Assembly: GCA_963827685.1 (NCBI GenBank)
Contig: CAWHBU010000002.1
Location: forward strand, 256,001 to 320,000
DNA length: 64,000 bases
Direction: 5' to 3'
Source of the DNA: an uncultured delta proteobacterium
GTDB lineage: Bacteria; Desulfobacterota; BSN033; UBA1163
A program made the translations under genes and the position numbers. Shown here in pieces: positions 61,171 through 64,000 of this stretch. Below the pieces are notes generated by a model. The model did no database searches, was not told the DNA's origin, and saw nothing but the letters and a program-made list of their open reading frames with translations. Position 1 is the first letter of the stretch. Each line of letters opens with the position of its first letter.

Positions 61171-61372
61171 AGATCTTTTTTGTTTTCCTAGAGGCAAGGG
61201 GAGGTTATTTCCTGCCCATGTTCAGTGCGAAAGGCAGAAGAAACAGTCTACTTTCCTTGGAGGACATCTTTAAAGAGCGTGATGTTTATTTCGGAAACCT
61301 TTTGCTTTAGCATCTTGTAGATTTCTTGCAGGCGAGAACTTATTCTCGAGTTTAATTGTTAAGGAGAAGAAT

Positions 61373-62266
61373 CTGAATCCGGCGGAATCCCATTTCTTTT
61401 TTCTAAATGGTGGCTACAGGCTTTTTGGTGTGCTTCATCAGCCAATGAGGGGCATACAAGAAGGACCCGAAACATCAAATGCAACAGGCATCATTTTCTG
61501 CCATCCCTTTTTTGAGGAGAAATTGATTGCCCATCGGGTAATGGTAAATTTTGCCCGGGAGCTGGCCAATCGTGGATACGCTGTCCTTAGATTTGATTTC
61601 ATGGGACAGGGAGACAGCGACGGTAACGCCGAGGACGCAACGATCGAAAGTAACTTATCCGACTTAGAACGAGGCGTGGAGGTCCTCCGAGAAATAACGA
61701 AAGTAAGACGGACTGCTTTGATCGGTGTGCGCTTCGGTGCGACACTGGCCGCCTTGTTTGCAGCAAGAAACCATGGCATCGATGTCCTTACACTTATATC
61801 TCCCGTTGTCAAAGGTGGCCCTTATATCGAACACTGTTTGCGTTCAAACTTAGCTACTCAAATGTCTACTTATCGTAAGATTATCAAGACCAGGGATCAA
61901 CTCGTCAGGGATTTGATGAGTGGTGAGATGGTCAATATTGATGGGTACCTGTTGACGAGGGAGCAGTTCATTGAAATCAAGGATGTGGACCTCAGCAATC
62001 CCTTAACCAACCTCCCCGCAAACGTGAGAATTATGATAATGCAAGTTTCAAAGAATGACGGTCAGAATATAAGTAACGAATTCCTGTCACTGATGTCTGC
62101 TTTCCAGAGCAATGGCAACAAGGTGGATGTTATGAACGTGAAAGATAATTATTTTTGGGCGGAGTCAAAAACTCATATTACAGAGGCCAAACCCATTTAT
62201 TCATCCGCCATTGACTGGCTTGATCAGTCTTCTTTAAACACCCGTTCGCTCGACATGCGCGGTTAG
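61373..62266 (+). CDS. Alpha/beta hydrolase (exosortase-A-associated hydrolase 2-like)
   Basis: HPFFEEK, LRFDFMGQGDSDG and GVRFGATLA motifs; start probably upstream of GTG 61430. Confidence 0.8.
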   Translation: MNPAESHFFFLNGGYRLFGVLHQPMRGIQEGPETSNATGIIFCHPFFEEKLIAHRVMVNFARELANRGYAVLRFDFMGQGDSDGNAEDATIESNLSDLERGVEVLREITKVRRTALIGVRFGATLAALFAARNHGIDVLTLISPVVKGGPYIEHCLRSNLATQMSTYRKIIKTRDQLVRDLMSGEMVNIDGYLLTREQFIEIKDVDLSNPLTNLPANVRIMIMQVSKNDGQNISNEFLSLMSAFQSNGNKVDVMNVKDNYFWAESKTHITEAKPIYSSAIDWLDQSSLNTRSLDMRG

Positions 62267-62268
62267 CG

Positions 62269-63240
62269 ATGGGCGGCTTTCACAAAGATATGGAAGAGCC
62301 AATCACACTTTTGAACCATAGAAATGAACGGCTTTTTGGAATTGTCCACATTCCGGAAGATTACCATCTTAAGCGCCCTGCAATTGGAATAAATTTGCTG
62401 AATCCCGGGGTCAAAAGTCGCGTAGCTCCTAATCGCCTTAACGTGAAACTATCCCGTATGCTGTGCCGGAAAGGGTATTTCGTACTCCGCTTCGACCCCA
62501 CCGGCATCGGCGATAGCGAAGGGGAAATTGGACCAGCAGAACCCCTCACCAGTGTTTGGGGAAAAATCCAACGGGGCTTGTTTGTACCAGACGTCAGGTT
62601 GGCCAATCAGTGGTTCAAAAAAAAGTACGGGCTGGACAAGTTATTCGTTGCGGGAAATTGCGGAGGTGCGGTTACGGCGCTGTTAGCAGCTTCTGGTTCG
62701 CAAGAAGTTGATGGATTGGTACTGATTGATTTACCGATCACCGTTGACGGCGAAGGTAAGGATAACTCCACCCTCAGCGAAGTACAGCTTCCCGACCGGT
62801 TTGTCCGTAAGACTCTGCTCATGTACCTCTACAAACTCAGATCAACAGAAGCCTGGGGACGTCTCTTAACTCTTAGATCCAATCTGGAGGAGATCAGGGC
62901 AGCAATGAGCTCTATCCTGAAGAGGCGGATATCGGATGCCAGGAGGCCTGATTATGGAATCCACGGCCTCAATCAAGAGGCAGTATCATCACTTAGCACT
63001 TACCTTAATACCAGGAAACAAGTCCTTTTTGTTTTGGCAGGAAATGATATAAGGAATATCGTTCTTACGGAAAAATTCTTCCCAAAGTATTTTACCCGGG
63101 ACCATTACAATACAGGCCAGGTTGAAATCTTGATGATTCAAGATGCTAACCATATTTATACGCTCTATCCATGGCAAGAGGAATTGTTTGATAGGATATA
63201 CAATTGGATCAGCAAACTTGAACTTAATCAGAATGGTTAG
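62269..63240 (+). CDS. Alpha/beta hydrolase (exosortase-A-associated hydrolase 1-like)
   Basis: SRVAPNR, LRFDPTGIGDSEG, GNCGGA and ANHIY motifs. Confidence 0.8.
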   Translation: MGGFHKDMEEPITLLNHRNERLFGIVHIPEDYHLKRPAIGINLLNPGVKSRVAPNRLNVKLSRMLCRKGYFVLRFDPTGIGDSEGEIGPAEPLTSVWGKIQRGLFVPDVRLANQWFKKKYGLDKLFVAGNCGGAVTALLAASGSQEVDGLVLIDLPITVDGEGKDNSTLSEVQLPDRFVRKTLLMYLYKLRSTEAWGRLLTLRSNLEEIRAAMSSILKRRISDARRPDYGIHGLNQEAVSSLSTYLNTRKQVLFVLAGNDIRNIVLTEKFFPKYFTRDHYNTGQVEILMIQDANHIYTLYPWQEELFDRIYNWISKLELNQNG

Positions 63241-63254
63241 GGGTAACGCAGGAA

Positions 63255-64000
63255 GTGTCTCGCAAAATAAGGATATTGTATATAATTGACCAGATAGAGC
63301 ACCTGAGAGCTGGGACCGAAAACCAGCTTTCAAAGCTAATAAGAGGTTTAGATCGAAACATATTCGAAATTCACCTGTATTGTTTGATGCCCTCAGAATG
63401 GGTTAATAGCAACGGTTCGCGCGCTCTAAATTGCCCCATAGCAGTAAAAGAATGCTGCAAATTTCTTAATCCCTTAACTTATCTCAATATGGTCGAACTT
63501 GTGTCGTCCATAAGGAGGTTGGAACCTGATATCGTCCATACCTTTTTCCCGAATGCTAATACAATCGGGGTGCTTGCAGCTTACCTCGCAGGGGTCAGGT
63601 ATATCATATCGAGCAGGCGGGATCACGGACAATGGATGAACCCTGTAAGCCTATTCTTTACAAAAATAGCCAACAGGTTCGCTTTTGCAATTCATACCAA
63701 TTCCTACACGGTAAAGGAACTGACTGAGAACATAGAGGGCGTAAGTAACGATAGGATTCATGTAATTTACAACGGTATTGATCCGTATGAATTCGCGCGC
63801 ACGATCAATCCCGATACAACGAATGTTAAATCTCGTCTAGGTATCCCTTCGATGCACAGAGTAGTTGGAGTGGTGGCCAATCTAAGGCCAATGAAACACC
63901 TCCATACTTTTGTTAAGGCCGCTGCTAAGGTAAGAGAAGAAAGAAAAGATATAAGCTTTGTTATGGTTGGCGACGGGCCAAGCCGTGGAGCCCTACAAAC
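63255..64000 (+). CDS. GT4 glycosyltransferase (3'-partial, not in ORF track)
   Basis: VSRKIRILYIID...AGTENQL...PDIVHTF...ISSRRD...VGVVANLRPMK...VGDGP; runs off the window. Confidence 0.85.
   Translation, partial: MSRKIRILYIIDQIEHLRAGTENQLSKLIRGLDRNIFEIHLYCLMPSEWVNSNGSRALNCPIAVKECCKFLNPLTYLNMVELVSSIRRLEPDIVHTFFPNANTIGVLAAYLAGVRYIISSRRDHGQWMNPVSLFFTKIANRFAFAIHTNSYTVKELTENIEGVSNDRIHVIYNGIDPYEFARTINPDTTNVKSRLGIPSMHRVVGVVANLRPMKHLHTFVKAAAKVREERKDISFVMVGDGPSRGALQ

Overview
Bacterial chromosomal window, most likely Desulfobacterota/deltaproteobacterial (inferred from gene order and protein style), with almost all genes on the + strand. (1) 1-14.3 kb: housekeeping block tsaD-rsmA-clpB-tRNA-Val-thrS-infC-rpmI-rplT-pheS-pheT-ihfA-merR-tRNA-Pro. 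(2) 14.3-19 kb: a decayed ~1.85 kb islet integrated at tRNA-Pro (27-bp att duplication plus integrase remnant), small hypothetical genes and a DUF4301-like gene. (3) 19.1-26.9 kb: a sigma-54 signalling cluster with several degenerate domains. (4) 27-64 kb: a PEP-CTERM/XrtA-type exopolysaccharide locus with an RfaH/NusG paralogue, an ops-consensus site and several inactivating lesions. The most striking unexplained signal is a set of short-period (6-9 bp), degenerate, strand-polarised tandem arrays. They form inverted pairs around three four-helix-bundle (23S-IVP/Avd-like) genes (one intact, one frameshifted, one truncated and absent from the ORF track), are stacked in most intergenic gaps from 27.6 to 50.3 kb, and are inserted in-frame, in different reading frames, inside conserved enzymes. 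All calls are from reading the sequence; no database searches were run.
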